DNA of 60,740 bases from IMG/VR virus record IMGVR_UViG_3300044825_002458, positions 1 to 60,740 of that record; one strand, given 5' to 3'. This document shows, piece after piece, positions 28,023 to 36,629 of this stretch. The notes below the pieces were generated by a model. That model was not told the origin of the DNA. It saw nothing but the letters and a program-made list of their open reading frames with translations, and searched no databases. Each line of letters starts with the position of its first letter. Within the stretch, counting starts at the first letter, position 1. The stretch is from a virus (lineage: Duplodnaviria; Caudoviricetes). Made by a program: the position numbers and the translations under genes.

Positions 28023-28209
28023 TATCATCGTGCGCGCGCGGGAGTCCCCCTCACGAATACACACGAACGAACACGCCCCACAAACCCCCATACTATACCC
28101 CTATAATACTATACTATACCATAATATATCTATCTATCTATCTATCTACTACAAACAAACAAACAAACAAACAAACTAGAGCGCTTCTCAGCGCGCGCGC
28201 ACGATGATA
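28023..28209. repeat. 18-bp inverted repeat enclosing (TATC)5, (ACAA)6 and a 103-nt G-free tract; candidate origin/control region
   Basis: TATCATCGTGCGCGCGCG 28023-40 / CGCGCGCGCACGATGATA 28192-209; no G on + from 28076 to 28178. Confidence 0.75.
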
Positions 28210-28305
28210 TGAAAAATACGCTTGACTAATTGGCATTTGAGGGCGGCATTAGGATTTTGCTAAAATAGCGGCGTATTTCGAAGGGGAGTCAGATATACTA
28301 CGGCA

Positions 28306-28818
28306 ATGGCGAAATACCTTGTCTGTGTCGACCCGTCGATCAAAGCTCTCGGATTTGCGGTATTCAAGAAGACCGATGCCTTCTGGGCGACCTGGAAGCT
28401 TGTGACATCGACCGGCATAAAACTGAAGAACAAGGATAGAGGTAATCCGTTGTCGTGGGTCGATCGGGTCGATGAAATGACTTCGATGGTAATGGACTTG
28501 TTGCTTGATGCAACAAGCGGCATCGAAAATGCGGCAGATGCTATGTTGCTAATTGAACTCCCTGACTATCGAACAGATGCGGCATCGAATACAGGCTCAA
28601 TCGAGAAATTGGTGGCATTTGTGTTCACGCTCAGGGCTATGGCTTCAAGCTTCTGTAAGGTAACATTGGTGCCTGTTAGGAAGTGGAAGGGCAATACACC
28701 TAAGTCGATCACTCAGGCAAGGGTCGCTAAGCATTGGAACTGGTCGGGCCGTGACCATAATGAGGCCGATGCGGTAGGTATCGGTGACTGGGCAATTCGC
28801 AAGGCTAAGTTGGTCTAG
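28306..28818 (+). CDS. RuvC-like Holliday junction resolvase
   Basis: VDPSIKALGFA, LIE.P, WKG..PK, HNEADAVGIG. Confidence 0.85.
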   Translation: MAKYLVCVDPSIKALGFAVFKKTDAFWATWKLVTSTGIKLKNKDRGNPLSWVDRVDEMTSMVMDLLLDATSGIENAADAMLLIELPDYRTDAASNTGSIEKLVAFVFTLRAMASSFCKVTLVPVRKWKGNTPKSITQARVAKHWNWSGRDHNEADAVGIGDWAIRKAKLV

Positions 28819-28995
28819 CCGTCTCATTCCACTAAATCCGTTTTGTTCGGGATTGACAACTCGGTAAAGTTCGACCTAGAGTGAATCGATCACTAATGGC
28901 ATGTTGCCGTTGGTGTTCTTTGGAAGCATGAGCGGAGTGCCGCCCCACGCTATGACTGGTTGGAGTAGCGTGGGGCCTTTATTCCGATACCGCAT

Positions 28996-29535
28996 ATGAA
29001 GTCGAAGTCCGAACCCTCAAGTCCGGAGATCCCCGAGTACAAACTGAATAGGGGTGAAAAGGTGTCGGGTAGCTTGAAGGATCGAATCGCCCAATGGGAA
29101 AGGATCTGGCCCTCTCCCGAACAGGCTTGGAAGACTCGTTTCCTGAAGATCTTCGCCAAGACCAAGAACATGGGTCGCGCCATCGTTTCGTGCGGCACTA
29201 ATCGCGCAGCGATCAACCGGGAACGAAAGTTCGACTCGGCTTTCGATTCGGAACTCACCGACCTTTGGGAAAGCTTCGTCGATGACCTCGAGGCATCGGC
29301 CATGGATCGGGCCACACACGGTACTTTCAGGTTCCACTATGACCGCGACGGTAACATGACTTCCGTCGAACGAAAGTACGAGACTCAGCTCACTATCTTC
29401 ATGTTGCAGGCCAACCGGTCCAAGTACAACATCAAGGTGGACGACGGTACAACGCTCGAGGACGTGGTCAATAAGTTCCATGCCATCACTCAGCGTCTGA
29501 AGAACAGTGTCCCTGAACTGCCTTCGAAGAACTGA
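28996..29535 (+). CDS. Terminase small subunit-like protein
   Basis: W..RFL..F....NM......D.AF......W....DDLE.....RA..G......KYETQL.IFMLQA.R.KY pattern. Confidence 0.7.
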   Translation: MKSKSEPSSPEIPEYKLNRGEKVSGSLKDRIAQWERIWPSPEQAWKTRFLKIFAKTKNMGRAIVSCGTNRAAINRERKFDSAFDSELTDLWESFVDDLEASAMDRATHGTFRFHYDRDGNMTSVERKYETQLTIFMLQANRSKYNIKVDDGTTLEDVVNKFHAITQRLKNSVPELPSKN

Positions 29536-29589
29536 GATTCTTTTGCCGGGGGCTGATTCTTCATAAGTGTCACCATATACTGGTGCACT

Positions 29590-30033
29590 ATGTCGACTCA
29601 AGAACCAGCCACCCGCGTCTGTCGCGAGTGTCGTCAAGAGCTGGCTATCGAGAACTTTTCCATAGTCAATTCGTCGCGTGCAAAGACGTATCGACGGAAT
29701 ACTTGCATAGAGTGCCGAAAGAAGTACGTTCGGCAAATCCGCAAGACGAACCGTTCGAAGTACACTAAGCGGCAAAAGTCTCGTCGTCAGTTCCGTAACC
29801 GGCTTTACCGAGACATGGTAAGGCTCTTGTTCGAGCTCAATCAGAAGGGGGTACTACCTCCCCACGGCATTGCGCTCCTTCACGATCTCAAGGCAAAGGT
29901 CACCTCAAGTGGAAATACCGAAGTCACCCTCCCAGCTCCTCAACCTGCTGAAGCAAATCCCGTCGTGTCGGAAATGCCCCGGCCTGAGCAACCCGGTATC
30001 GCCGTGGCTCCCCTCGACCAGCCCGCTGGCTGA
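29590..30033 (+). CDS. Zn-finger protein (CxxC..CxxC) with basic helix
   Basis: RVCRECRQE...F...CIECRK, like the N-terminus of HNH/EndoVII proteins but no nuclease domain. Confidence 0.6.
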   Translation: MSTQEPATRVCRECRQELAIENFSIVNSSRAKTYRRNTCIECRKKYVRQIRKTNRSKYTKRQKSRRQFRNRLYRDMVRLLFELNQKGVLPPHGIALLHDLKAKVTSSGNTEVTLPAPQPAEANPVVSEMPRPEQPGIAVAPLDQPAG

Positions 30034-30544
30034 GCTCATTCCCCAGCCCCCTTTTGGGAAGTTGGTCTTGATACTCCCAAGCCCTTCGCCAAAGGACCCC
30101 GAGTCAAGGCTTACCATATCGTCTACTCCTAGTGCCGTGGCGATCAGGAACGCCCTGCGATTTGCGGTGGACGGGATCGATCCGATGATGGCATACATGA
30201 CTTATTTGACCAAATGCCCGTCGAACATCCCCGACGATGGCACTGTTCAATGTGTCAGTACTTGCATGTCGGAGTACCTGCTGCACGAACTCAAAGCCCT
30301 CGACCCGGATACCATCATCGTATTCGGCGCCAAGGTTTTTGGTGCAGTGGCAAAGAGGGCGAACCCTCATATCTCATTTGTCAATGGCCGAATCATCATC
30401 TGCCCTGGTCCTCAGAAAGAAGTGACTATCTGTTCGATGTTCCACCCGAGGTACTACTCCTACGCTCATCGTAGCATCGCTGAGTTTGAAGTAGTGTTCA
30501 GTTCGCTTGCGCAACGACTCAGTGAAAGGAAGAAGTCAAAATGA
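29870..30544 (+). CDS. Family-4 uracil-DNA glycosylase-like protein (degenerate active site)
   Basis: CRKC, KC, C..YL..EL....P..IIVFG, FHP retained; GEAPG motif reads LPSPS; start uncertain. Confidence 0.7.
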   Translation: MRSFTISRQRSPQVEIPKSPSQLLNLLKQIPSCRKCPGLSNPVSPWLPSTSPLAELIPQPPFGKLVLILPSPSPKDPESRLTISSTPSAVAIRNALRFAVDGIDPMMAYMTYLTKCPSNIPDDGTVQCVSTCMSEYLLHELKALDPDTIIVFGAKVFGAVAKRANPHISFVNGRIIICPGPQKEVTICSMFHPRYYSYAHRSIAEFEVVFSSLAQRLSERKKSK

Positions 30545-30634
30545 GCACCGAAGAAGATGAATCAAGGGCCTGGTTGTTTGTGACCTGTCCGATCTGTCAT
30601 CAAGAAGTCCGTCGATCCAATTGGGAGCGACACT

Positions 30635-31027
30635 ATGACGACCACCAAATCGAGACCGATCAACATTCGAATTAGCCTCCACGACTCTCAGTTCTTCCCG
30701 ATGATGACCCCCTCCAAGCACATCGTAGTGGCTAGGGGGCTGAGGGAAAAGGTAGATGGTTGTTACTGGCAGTTCCATACCTCTATACGAGACCCGGAAT
30801 TGGCATTGGTGTTCCAAGACCTGTCGTTCAACCTGTTCTTCGGGGAGACCGCAGTAACAGCTCGCACTCGCAGAAGATTCGCTCGAGCGGACATCGACAC
30901 AATGACCCGAATCTTCCAGGACAGCATGCAAGGCAATGACCCCAACTACTTCAGGTATGGAATATTGGTCATCCCCCTCAACTGCCCTGATCTTAACTTC
31001 AAAGTCTTCATGGAACCTAACTCGTGA
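30635..31027 (+). CDS. Hypothetical protein
   Basis: ORF in the + strand block. Confidence 0.5.
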   Translation: MTTTKSRPINIRISLHDSQFFPMMTPSKHIVVARGLREKVDGCYWQFHTSIRDPELALVFQDLSFNLFFGETAVTARTRRRFARADIDTMTRIFQDSMQGNDPNYFRYGILVIPLNCPDLNFKVFMEPNS

Positions 31028-31236
31028 CAAACGAAGATCCTAAACCTCCCCGTCTCTCTATGGATGCAGCGGTCGTTGCTAAGCTCTTCGCGGCATTGAA
31101 CGCAGCGAAGACCTCACCCGCATCGTTCACGATCGAGGCCACTAACCCCGATGGAGTTCAGGCATTCAGGGTGTTGGTCATGAGCGAAGGACTGTATCGG
31201 CAAATTGCCGCGGTCTTCAGCGCTCCGCCCAAGTAA
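31024..31236 (+). CDS. Hypothetical protein
   Basis: GTGA-coupled ORF. Confidence 0.5.
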   Translation: MTNEDPKPPRLSMDAAVVAKLFAALNAAKTSPASFTIEATNPDGVQAFRVLVMSEGLYRQIAAVFSAPPK

Positions 31237-31365
31237 AAAGCCAGTCCTCTTTTCGCTAAGAGGAGTTGTTACTTGCAAGAGGTTGTAGCGGTAAAAAGCC
31301 GCTCCCTCGCTCCCCGCCGATCACCCCGGCGTTTAGCGAGCAAACAAGGAACTGCCTCAGCAGAA

Positions 31366-31409
31366 GTTACGACTTCGTAACAGACATTTTGGCGTTACGA
31401 ACTCGTAAC
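31366..31409. promoter_or_regulatory. Pair of GTTACG-N4-CGTAAC palindromes
   Basis: 31366-81 and 31394-409. Confidence 0.75.
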
Positions 31410-31582
31410 AGTCGACGGCGTTTAAAACGTCCCCCTGGTCACGATCGTCTGCACTACGTATCACTACACACATAGAATTTTGGCAGCTACAATCGACCGA
31501 TAGACGCCGGAGGTCATATCGGTGGCAATGCGTCGAACGCGTCGAACACTAAGTTCCGCAGTGGCTACGAAAAAGCCCGCAG

Positions 31583-31789
31583 TCATCGGCGAGTATAACC
31601 GCATCGACGAAGACGGGCGATCACCTCGCGGACCTTGGCAATGTTCGCAGAGGGGTAGACGACTTCCCACGGGTAGTCGGGATTGAGGCTGTATGCAACC
31701 ACAACCCACTCCCGATCGAACATCTTGGACCGGCGGATACGGTAGTGGTTGTATTTGCGGACAACGTCGATGTCGATTACGGGCATCAT
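31583..31789 (-). CDS. Hypothetical protein
   Basis: Coupled ORF. Confidence 0.5.
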   Translation of the reverse strand: MMPVIDIDVVRKYNHYRIRRSKMFDREWVVVAYSLNPDYPWEVVYPSANIAKVREVIARLRRCGYTRR

Positions 31790-32124
31790 TCTAGTTCACT
31801 CGCGGCGGTAAGTAAAACGGTTACGATATGCGATTGCTCCACGGTAGGCAACTGATTCCATTCGCCTATGTTCTTCACGCCTTCTACCTTCAGATCGACG
31901 TTACGCCTCACTGCGTCCATTGCCACAATCGTAATGGTCAGGTTGGGGGAGCATCGTTGAATCGATCCGGGCAGATTCCACCTCACTGCCGATTCGCTAT
32001 GGACCACTACAGGCTTATTGTAGGCATCGACTGCGAGATGTTCGCGCACCCATTTTGAGGCATGACCCATTATCTCCGCCGCTCGCCTCAATGTTGCAGC
32101 GGCGATCGATCGAATGGTAGCCAT
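31786..32124 (-). CDS. DUF6197-like phage protein
   Basis: L..AA......W.....A.D.....V...S..A.RW...G.I....WN......V...L..AA pattern. Confidence 0.55.
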   Translation of the reverse strand: MATIRSIAAATLRRAAEIMGHASKWVREHLAVDAYNKPVVVHSESAVRWNLPGSIQRCSPNLTITIVAMDAVRRNVDLKVEGVKNIGEWNQLPTVEQSHIVTVLLTAASELE

Positions 32125-32196
32125 CAGATTGGCCAGAACAATGCGATGGCCAAGAAGAAGAGGATGAACAAGATGGACAGCATCTCGTTCACTCGT

Positions 32197-32436
32197 TCAC
32201 GTTGTCGGGTGTTCATTGCCGGTCTCCGTGCGGTATGCGAGTAGGTGGAGGTTGAAGATCGTTCGGGGTTCCTTGTCCTTTTTCTTCTCGTCCGGGGGAA
32301 CGACCGAATAGGAAGTCAGGATCCCGGTGAGGAACGAAGTCGAATGAACGCCTACTACCTTGTAGGCATTACCCGCCTTCAGTCCTTGAGATGTCACGGT
32401 TGCGACGATTGTATCGCCTTTGTCGAACGCGGTCAT
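32197..32436 (-). CDS. Hypothetical SH3-like protein
   Basis: MTAFDKGDTIVA...GL..G..YKVV. Confidence 0.5.
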   Translation of the reverse strand: MTAFDKGDTIVATVTSQGLKAGNAYKVVGVHSTSFLTGILTSYSVVPPDEKKKDKEPRTIFNLHLLAYRTETGNEHPTT

Positions 32437-32699
32437 TTGTTGTTTGCCCCCCACAGGCCTGACTTTACCATGTCCTCGATGTTGCTGAGGTAATCGTCGA
32501 CCTCTGCGAGGATGTCCGTTAGGTCATCTTCGTAATACCTGTGGTAGGTATTGAGCTCGGCCATTTGCCACAAGGCATTATCGCCCAGCTCCTTCAGTGC
32601 CAACTTGATACGTTCGTTCGACGCGATTGCCGCATTGATCCTCACCCGGAACGTCCGATATGAAGTCAACAGGTTGCGGAGTTTCTGCTGCTGGCTCAT
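32433..32699 (-). CDS. Hypothetical helical protein
   Basis: MSQQQKL start after AGGAGG. Confidence 0.55.
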   Translation of the reverse strand: MSQQQKLRNLLTSYRTFRVRINAAIASNERIKLALKELGDNALWQMAELNTYHRYYEDDLTDILAEVDDYLSNIEDMVKSGLWGANNK

Positions 32700-32911
32700 T
32701 TGATCCTCCTGACGGTAAGAAGAAATCGCCTGTCGCTGATGTCCATAGTGAGGGTGTAGTCGCTGCTTGCCCACCACGCCATGGCCTGTAGCAACAGGTC
32801 ACGGCGATCATCGCGGACAGAACGGCTACCCAAGTCATTCATCAAGGCGTCTAGCGCTTCGTCGATGAGTTGAGTAACCGCTCGAGGGCCCGCTATTTGT
32901 GGTTCTTGCAT
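32696..32911 (-). CDS. Hypothetical protein
   Basis: Coupled ORF. Confidence 0.5.
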   Translation of the reverse strand: MQEPQIAGPRAVTQLIDEALDALMNDLGSRSVRDDRRDLLLQAMAWWASSDYTLTMDISDRRFLLTVRRIK

Positions 32912-32991
32912 CGTTCGTTTACCTTACGCTGTATCGTAACACTATGATCGTAATGGGGGCATATGCCAACATCAACGCCCCCGGTGTTATT

Positions 32992-33477
32992 TTACGCAGT
33001 GGAACGATTCGGCAGAATCAATTCCTCGGCAAAGGAGTAGAACGAAGTAGCGCCAATGACCATGTGATCCAGGAGTGGCACTCCTAGTAATTCGCCCGCC
33101 GCTCGCAAGCGATCGGTAATCAGGCGATCCTCCTTGGATGGTGATGGGTCACCCGATGGGTGATTGTGTGCCACGATGACACCGGCGGCGCAGCAGTGAA
33201 TGGCGGGACAGAACACCTCTCGAGGGTGAACCGTAACCGCTTCTGCCGTGCCAATGGACACGTTGTGGACCGCGATGACGTTGTTCCGTGTGTCCAGGTA
33301 GAAGGCAATGAAGTGTTCTCTCGGTTCTCGACCGATCATTGCGAACGCGATCGACTGCAGATCGTCGGCCCGTTTGACTCGCTGCACGGCGTAGCCTGTA
33401 TTGGGCTCGAGGGCCAGGGTCACACGAGGTGGGCTGCAATTCGGCCTGTGGACTTGGTCACGTTTCTTTGGAGGCAT
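32992..33477 (-). CDS. radC: RadC-like JAB domain protein
   Basis: REHF....LDTRN, VHPREVF, HNHPSGDPSPSKED, LLDHMVIG. Confidence 0.92.
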   Translation of the reverse strand: MPPKKRDQVHRPNCSPPRVTLALEPNTGYAVQRVKRADDLQSIAFAMIGREPREHFIAFYLDTRNNVIAVHNVSIGTAEAVTVHPREVFCPAIHCCAAGVIVAHNHPSGDPSPSKEDRLITDRLRAAGELLGVPLLDHMVIGATSFYSFAEELILPNRSTA

Positions 33478-33487
33478 GATTCTCTTT

Positions 33488-33733
33488 TCAGGGTTGATGG
33501 TTGTTACTTCGTGATGCAGAGGATTTGTCAGATCGCGGCTGCCGATGCACAAAGGTGAGGCATGAGTAGTGGACCGCATACTCTTTGCCGTCTTTGTCCA
33601 TCCGCACCATCAGATATCCGTGTTTGGTCTTGCGGGCATTTGTGACAATGCCTTGGCCTTTGGGCTCACCCCAGTACCTTGCCTTTACTTCCACGATGTC
33701 GTGGAATTCGAACTTAGGTATGGGGGGTTTCAT
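33488..33733 (-). CDS. Hypothetical SH3-like protein
   Basis: Small beta-rich ORF in the chain. Confidence 0.5.
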   Translation of the reverse strand: MKPPIPKFEFHDIVEVKARYWGEPKGQGIVTNARKTKHGYLMVRMDKDGKEYAVHYSCLTFVHRQPRSDKSSASRSNNHQP

Positions 33734-33917
33734 CGCCGTTGGCCAGGTACGGGTTAGGCGAAGGTGGCTTCAGGGCAAATACCGTCCAGTACCCGTCTTC
33801 GATCGCCCCATCGGAATCTTCGACGAAGTAGACCGCGTCCGAGTAAGTATCGAAAGGGCCTATGAAATTGTAGCCGTCAATTAGGCTACCCACTGCGAGT
33901 AGGAACTTGTCACCCAT
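33714..33917 (-). CDS. Hypothetical protein
   Basis: G..F.GPFDT...A motif; AAGTAACAAC leader. Confidence 0.55.
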   Translation of the reverse strand: MGDKFLLAVGSLIDGYNFIGPFDTYSDAVYFVEDSDGAIEDGYWTVFALKPPSPNPYLANGDETPHT

Positions 33918-33950
33918 GGTTTTCTTGTTGCTCCTGTTGGTTGTTACTTG

Positions 33951-34163
33951 TTAGAGCTTTCTTTCCCAATCGGGGAAATAGGCCTTCATCATGGCATCGG
34001 CCATTACTACGGCCATCCGGAGTGGATATCCGTCCGATCGAATGATCCTTGCTAGCCGTGCCCAATGCTGCCCCGGTGTAAGGTCAAGCGCTGGGTCGGT
34101 CAGTTGGTCAAGGAATCGATCGCCCCATTCAGCAAGCAGAGAATAGAGGTATTCGTCATTCAT
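33951..34163 (-). CDS. Hypothetical protein
   Basis: GGGGG SD-like sequence upstream. Confidence 0.5.
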   Translation of the reverse strand: MNDEYLYSLLAEWGDRFLDQLTDPALDLTPGQHWARLARIIRSDGYPLRMAVVMADAMMKAYFPDWERKL

Positions 34164-34171
34164 GATCCCCC

Positions 34172-34426
34172 CTAGTAGTCGTATGCCGGGAGGTGGTTGT
34201 GTGCCCAGCGTCGTGATGTCGCAGCGACGACCCGCGCCTTGAAATCCGCGAAGTCTCGATACCCCATCTGTTGAATGAGCTCGTCTGCCCTTTTGCTGAT
34301 CGACCTAAACAACTGACCGGCACATTCCGAACTTCCGAACGTGTCCAAATCTTCGTATTGCTTGTGGACGTCGATCCAGAACGCATTCCAGCGCACTACG
34401 TGACTGCCTAGTGACTTCTTGTTCAT
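34172..34426 (-). CDS. Hypothetical protein
   Basis: AAGGA SD and AGTAACAAC leader. Confidence 0.55.
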   Translation of the reverse strand: MNKKSLGSHVVRWNAFWIDVHKQYEDLDTFGSSECAGQLFRSISKRADELIQQMGYRDFADFKARVVAATSRRWAHNHLPAYDY

Positions 34427-34454
34427 TGTCGTTCCTTTGTTTGCTTGAGGGTTG

Positions 34455-34706
34455 TTACTCGAGGTCTCCTTCGAACCTGTACTGATGGCATTTCACGCAG
34501 CGAGGGCCTACGTCTTCGAACATCCGCCATTTGTGGTCACAGATACCAGCCCAGGAACTAGACCCTGAGAGTGTGTTATACAGGTCGAGCCGGGCCTGGC
34601 AGAAGAGTGTATACAACGCCGGGCTGAGGGGATGGCATGCGGCTTTCATGAAGCTTCGCCATTCGTCGAACGATTGCGCATCGCTCAGTTTTCTTTGCTC
34701 GTCCAT
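34455..34706 (-). CDS. Hypothetical protein with C-terminal Zn ribbon
   Basis: CDHKW......CVKC. Confidence 0.55.
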   Translation of the reverse strand: MDEQRKLSDAQSFDEWRSFMKAACHPLSPALYTLFCQARLDLYNTLSGSSSWAGICDHKWRMFEDVGPRCVKCHQYRFEGDLE

Positions 34707-34808
34707 AGGTTGTTACTTGCGTAGGATTGTTTCGTGGGAATGCCTGTCCGTGTGCGGTTTCATTATGCAGTGGTGATCGGCTGCAAACAAGGCGAGGGCA
34801 CCGGGGAA

Positions 34809-34856
34809 GTTACGACTTCGTAACAGACTTTTTGGCATGTGTTACGATGGCGTAAC
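34809..34856. promoter_or_regulatory. Pair of GTTACG-N4-CGTAAC palindromes
   Basis: 34809-24 and 34841-56; 34806-36 is nearly identical to 31363-93. Confidence 0.75.
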
Positions 34857-34878
34857 ATACGTTGGTACGGATGCCGTG

Positions 34879-35118
34879 TCAGTCGGAGAGTGCCGCATGG
34901 AACAAGGTAATGCGTGCATCGGCGGGCAATGATTGCCTCACTGCCGTCAATACGTCGAACATATCGCGGCAATTATGTACCCTGCCCGACCGTTCGCATT
35001 CTACGACATCGAGACCATCGACGGAGTAATTGACGGAGTAATCGAATGTGTTGACCGTGTGTTCTGGGCCGATGAAAAGGTCGACGCGTTTGCCTCGATT
35101 TACTTTGAGAAGTTCCAT
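34879..35118 (-). CDS. Hypothetical protein
   Basis: AAGTAACAAC leader. Confidence 0.5.
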   Translation of the reverse strand: MELLKVNRGKRVDLFIGPEHTVNTFDYSVNYSVDGLDVVECERSGRVHNCRDMFDVLTAVRQSLPADARITLFHAALSD

Positions 35119-35250
35119 TGCCTGGTTCTCTTTTTGCTTGAAGGAGTTGTTACTTGTGAACGTATGCCCATCGTTTTTCTGCCGTCCCCCGTCGCGTATG
35201 TGTTGAGGGGGTTTGAAATAGCAGATTTAGCGGATGGATAAAAAATGTCC

Positions 35251-35320
35251 GTTACGAGATCGTAACGCCATTCTGTCATGCGTTACGGGGTCGTAACACG
35301 GGCCGTTACGAGGTCGTAAC
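35251..35320. promoter_or_regulatory. Three GTTACG-N4-CGTAAC palindromes
   Basis: 35251-66, 35282-97, 35305-20. Confidence 0.75.
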
Positions 35321-35344
35321 GCCATTTTGGCATAATGCGTCGCG

Positions 35345-35377
35345 AAAAATGCCCCCGTGATTTTCGCACGGGGGCAT
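35345..35377 (-). terminator. Rho-independent terminator
   Basis: - strand ATGCCCCCGTG-loop-CACGGGGGCAT-TTTT directly after 35383..35697. Confidence 0.8.
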
Positions 35378-35382
35378 ATCGT

Positions 35383-35697
35383 TCACGCGATCGCGTCGAC
35401 CTTCTTCGCCTTCTTGGCCTTCTTCTTGCTGACCTTCGCGACGACCTTCTCGTCCTTCGCGTCCTTCGCGTCCTTCGCGTCCTTCGCCCCGTCGATCGCC
35501 CTCAACCCGCCGACGTGTCCCAACCGACGCAACTTCGCGCGAATGTTCTTCTGCGCACCGCGATCGCCCTTCGCGTCGCGCAACTCGACAATCGCCTGCG
35601 CGATCGCCTCGTTCCGCTGCTCCGCCGTCATCTCGACCTTCTGCTCGACCGTTTCCTTGTCGTTCTTCGTGCTCATTGCATCTACCTTTGCGCGCAT
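35383..35697 (-). CDS. Small basic protein with KNIRAKLRRLGHVGG module and DAK repeats
   Basis: Shared motif, Lys-rich tail, own terminator. Confidence 0.75.
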   Translation of the reverse strand: MRAKVDAMSTKNDKETVEQKVEMTAEQRNEAIAQAIVELRDAKGDRGAQKNIRAKLRRLGHVGGLRAIDGAKDAKDAKDAKDEKVVAKVSKKKAKKAKKVDAIA

Positions 35698-35769
35698 CCC
35701 TGCGCGACTTTTGTTTGTCCCGAATTATTGCGCACGACGTGTGCGCCCTTGTTCGAAACGAATTCTGTG

Positions 35770-36093
35770 TTACACGTCGTCGTTTGCCATCAGCGCAATC
35801 GCGACGTGCATACGTGTCGTTTGCACGGTTGCGCGCGCAACGTATGCGTTTGCGTCGTATTCATCGCATTCGATCGCGTGCAACGTTTGCGTCTGTACGT
35901 TGCGCAGCACGACGTTGCATTGTGTGCGTGCCACGTATGCAAACAACGTCGCGCAATATATTACGCGGATGTTCGGCACGTGCAACGCGTCAATTGCGTC
36001 GTCGTCGTCGTCGATCATGCCCGCGATGCGCAACGTCGTTACGTCGTTTTCATCGCATTCGATCGTGTGCGCGTGTTCGTGTTCGTGTGTCAT
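35770..36093 (-). CDS. Possible hypothetical protein encoded in the dinucleotide-biased tract
   Basis: Open frame with internal HxIECDE and AYVAR duplications; the biased composition also makes long ORFs more likely by chance. Confidence 0.35.
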   Translation of the reverse strand: MTHEHEHAHTIECDENDVTTLRIAGMIDDDDDAIDALHVPNIRVIYCATLFAYVARTQCNVVLRNVQTQTLHAIECDEYDANAYVARATVQTTRMHVAIALMANDDV

Positions 36094-36629
36094 TGTGTTG
36101 TGTTGTGTTGTGTGCGTCGCGTCGTGCGACGAACGACACAATGCAAACGTCGTGCGACGCGTCGAAAAATGCGCGAAAATATTTCGATTGACGTAACTCG
36201 TTTAAATATAACGAGTTGTGTCGTTGCGTGCGATCATGCACAAAATCGATGCATCGCGTTATCGTAGACGAGTCGTAACACAATACGTGTGTGTCGCAAC
36301 GTGTGTGTTTGCAACGCATTGCACTCGTGTTATCGATACGATATCGTAACAGTTTCACAAGCGGGAATTTCGTCGAGCGAGATTGGTCGAAAACGCACGG
36401 GAAAATAATGCGGGAAATGTTGATGACGAGACGGTTCGGCGGCACGGAATTTGTGCGCGTATACGGCACGGCGATTGCGTCGTGGTCGTGGCATGGTCAT
36501 TGCGATGCATGATTTTTTCGATTTTGGAGTTGACATGCGTCCCCCCCACCCCCCTATTTTTCGCGATTGTAACGCCCGACCCCTACCCCCACGCGGTAGC
36601 GAGTTTGGGGCCCCTAACCAACCTGCATA

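Noticed and set aside
31366-35320. CRISPR array or integron attC sites
   Set aside because: Repeats are 16-bp palindromes in scattered pairs without regular unique spacers; no cas genes or integron integrase; the PD-(D/E)XK nuclease sits in a standard Sak4/SSB recombination module
35335-36267. + strand ORFs of 310, 279 and 171 aa
   Set aside because: Cys/Val/Arg-rich products expected from the biased composition, which suppresses stop codons; they overlap the real - strand gene 35383..35697
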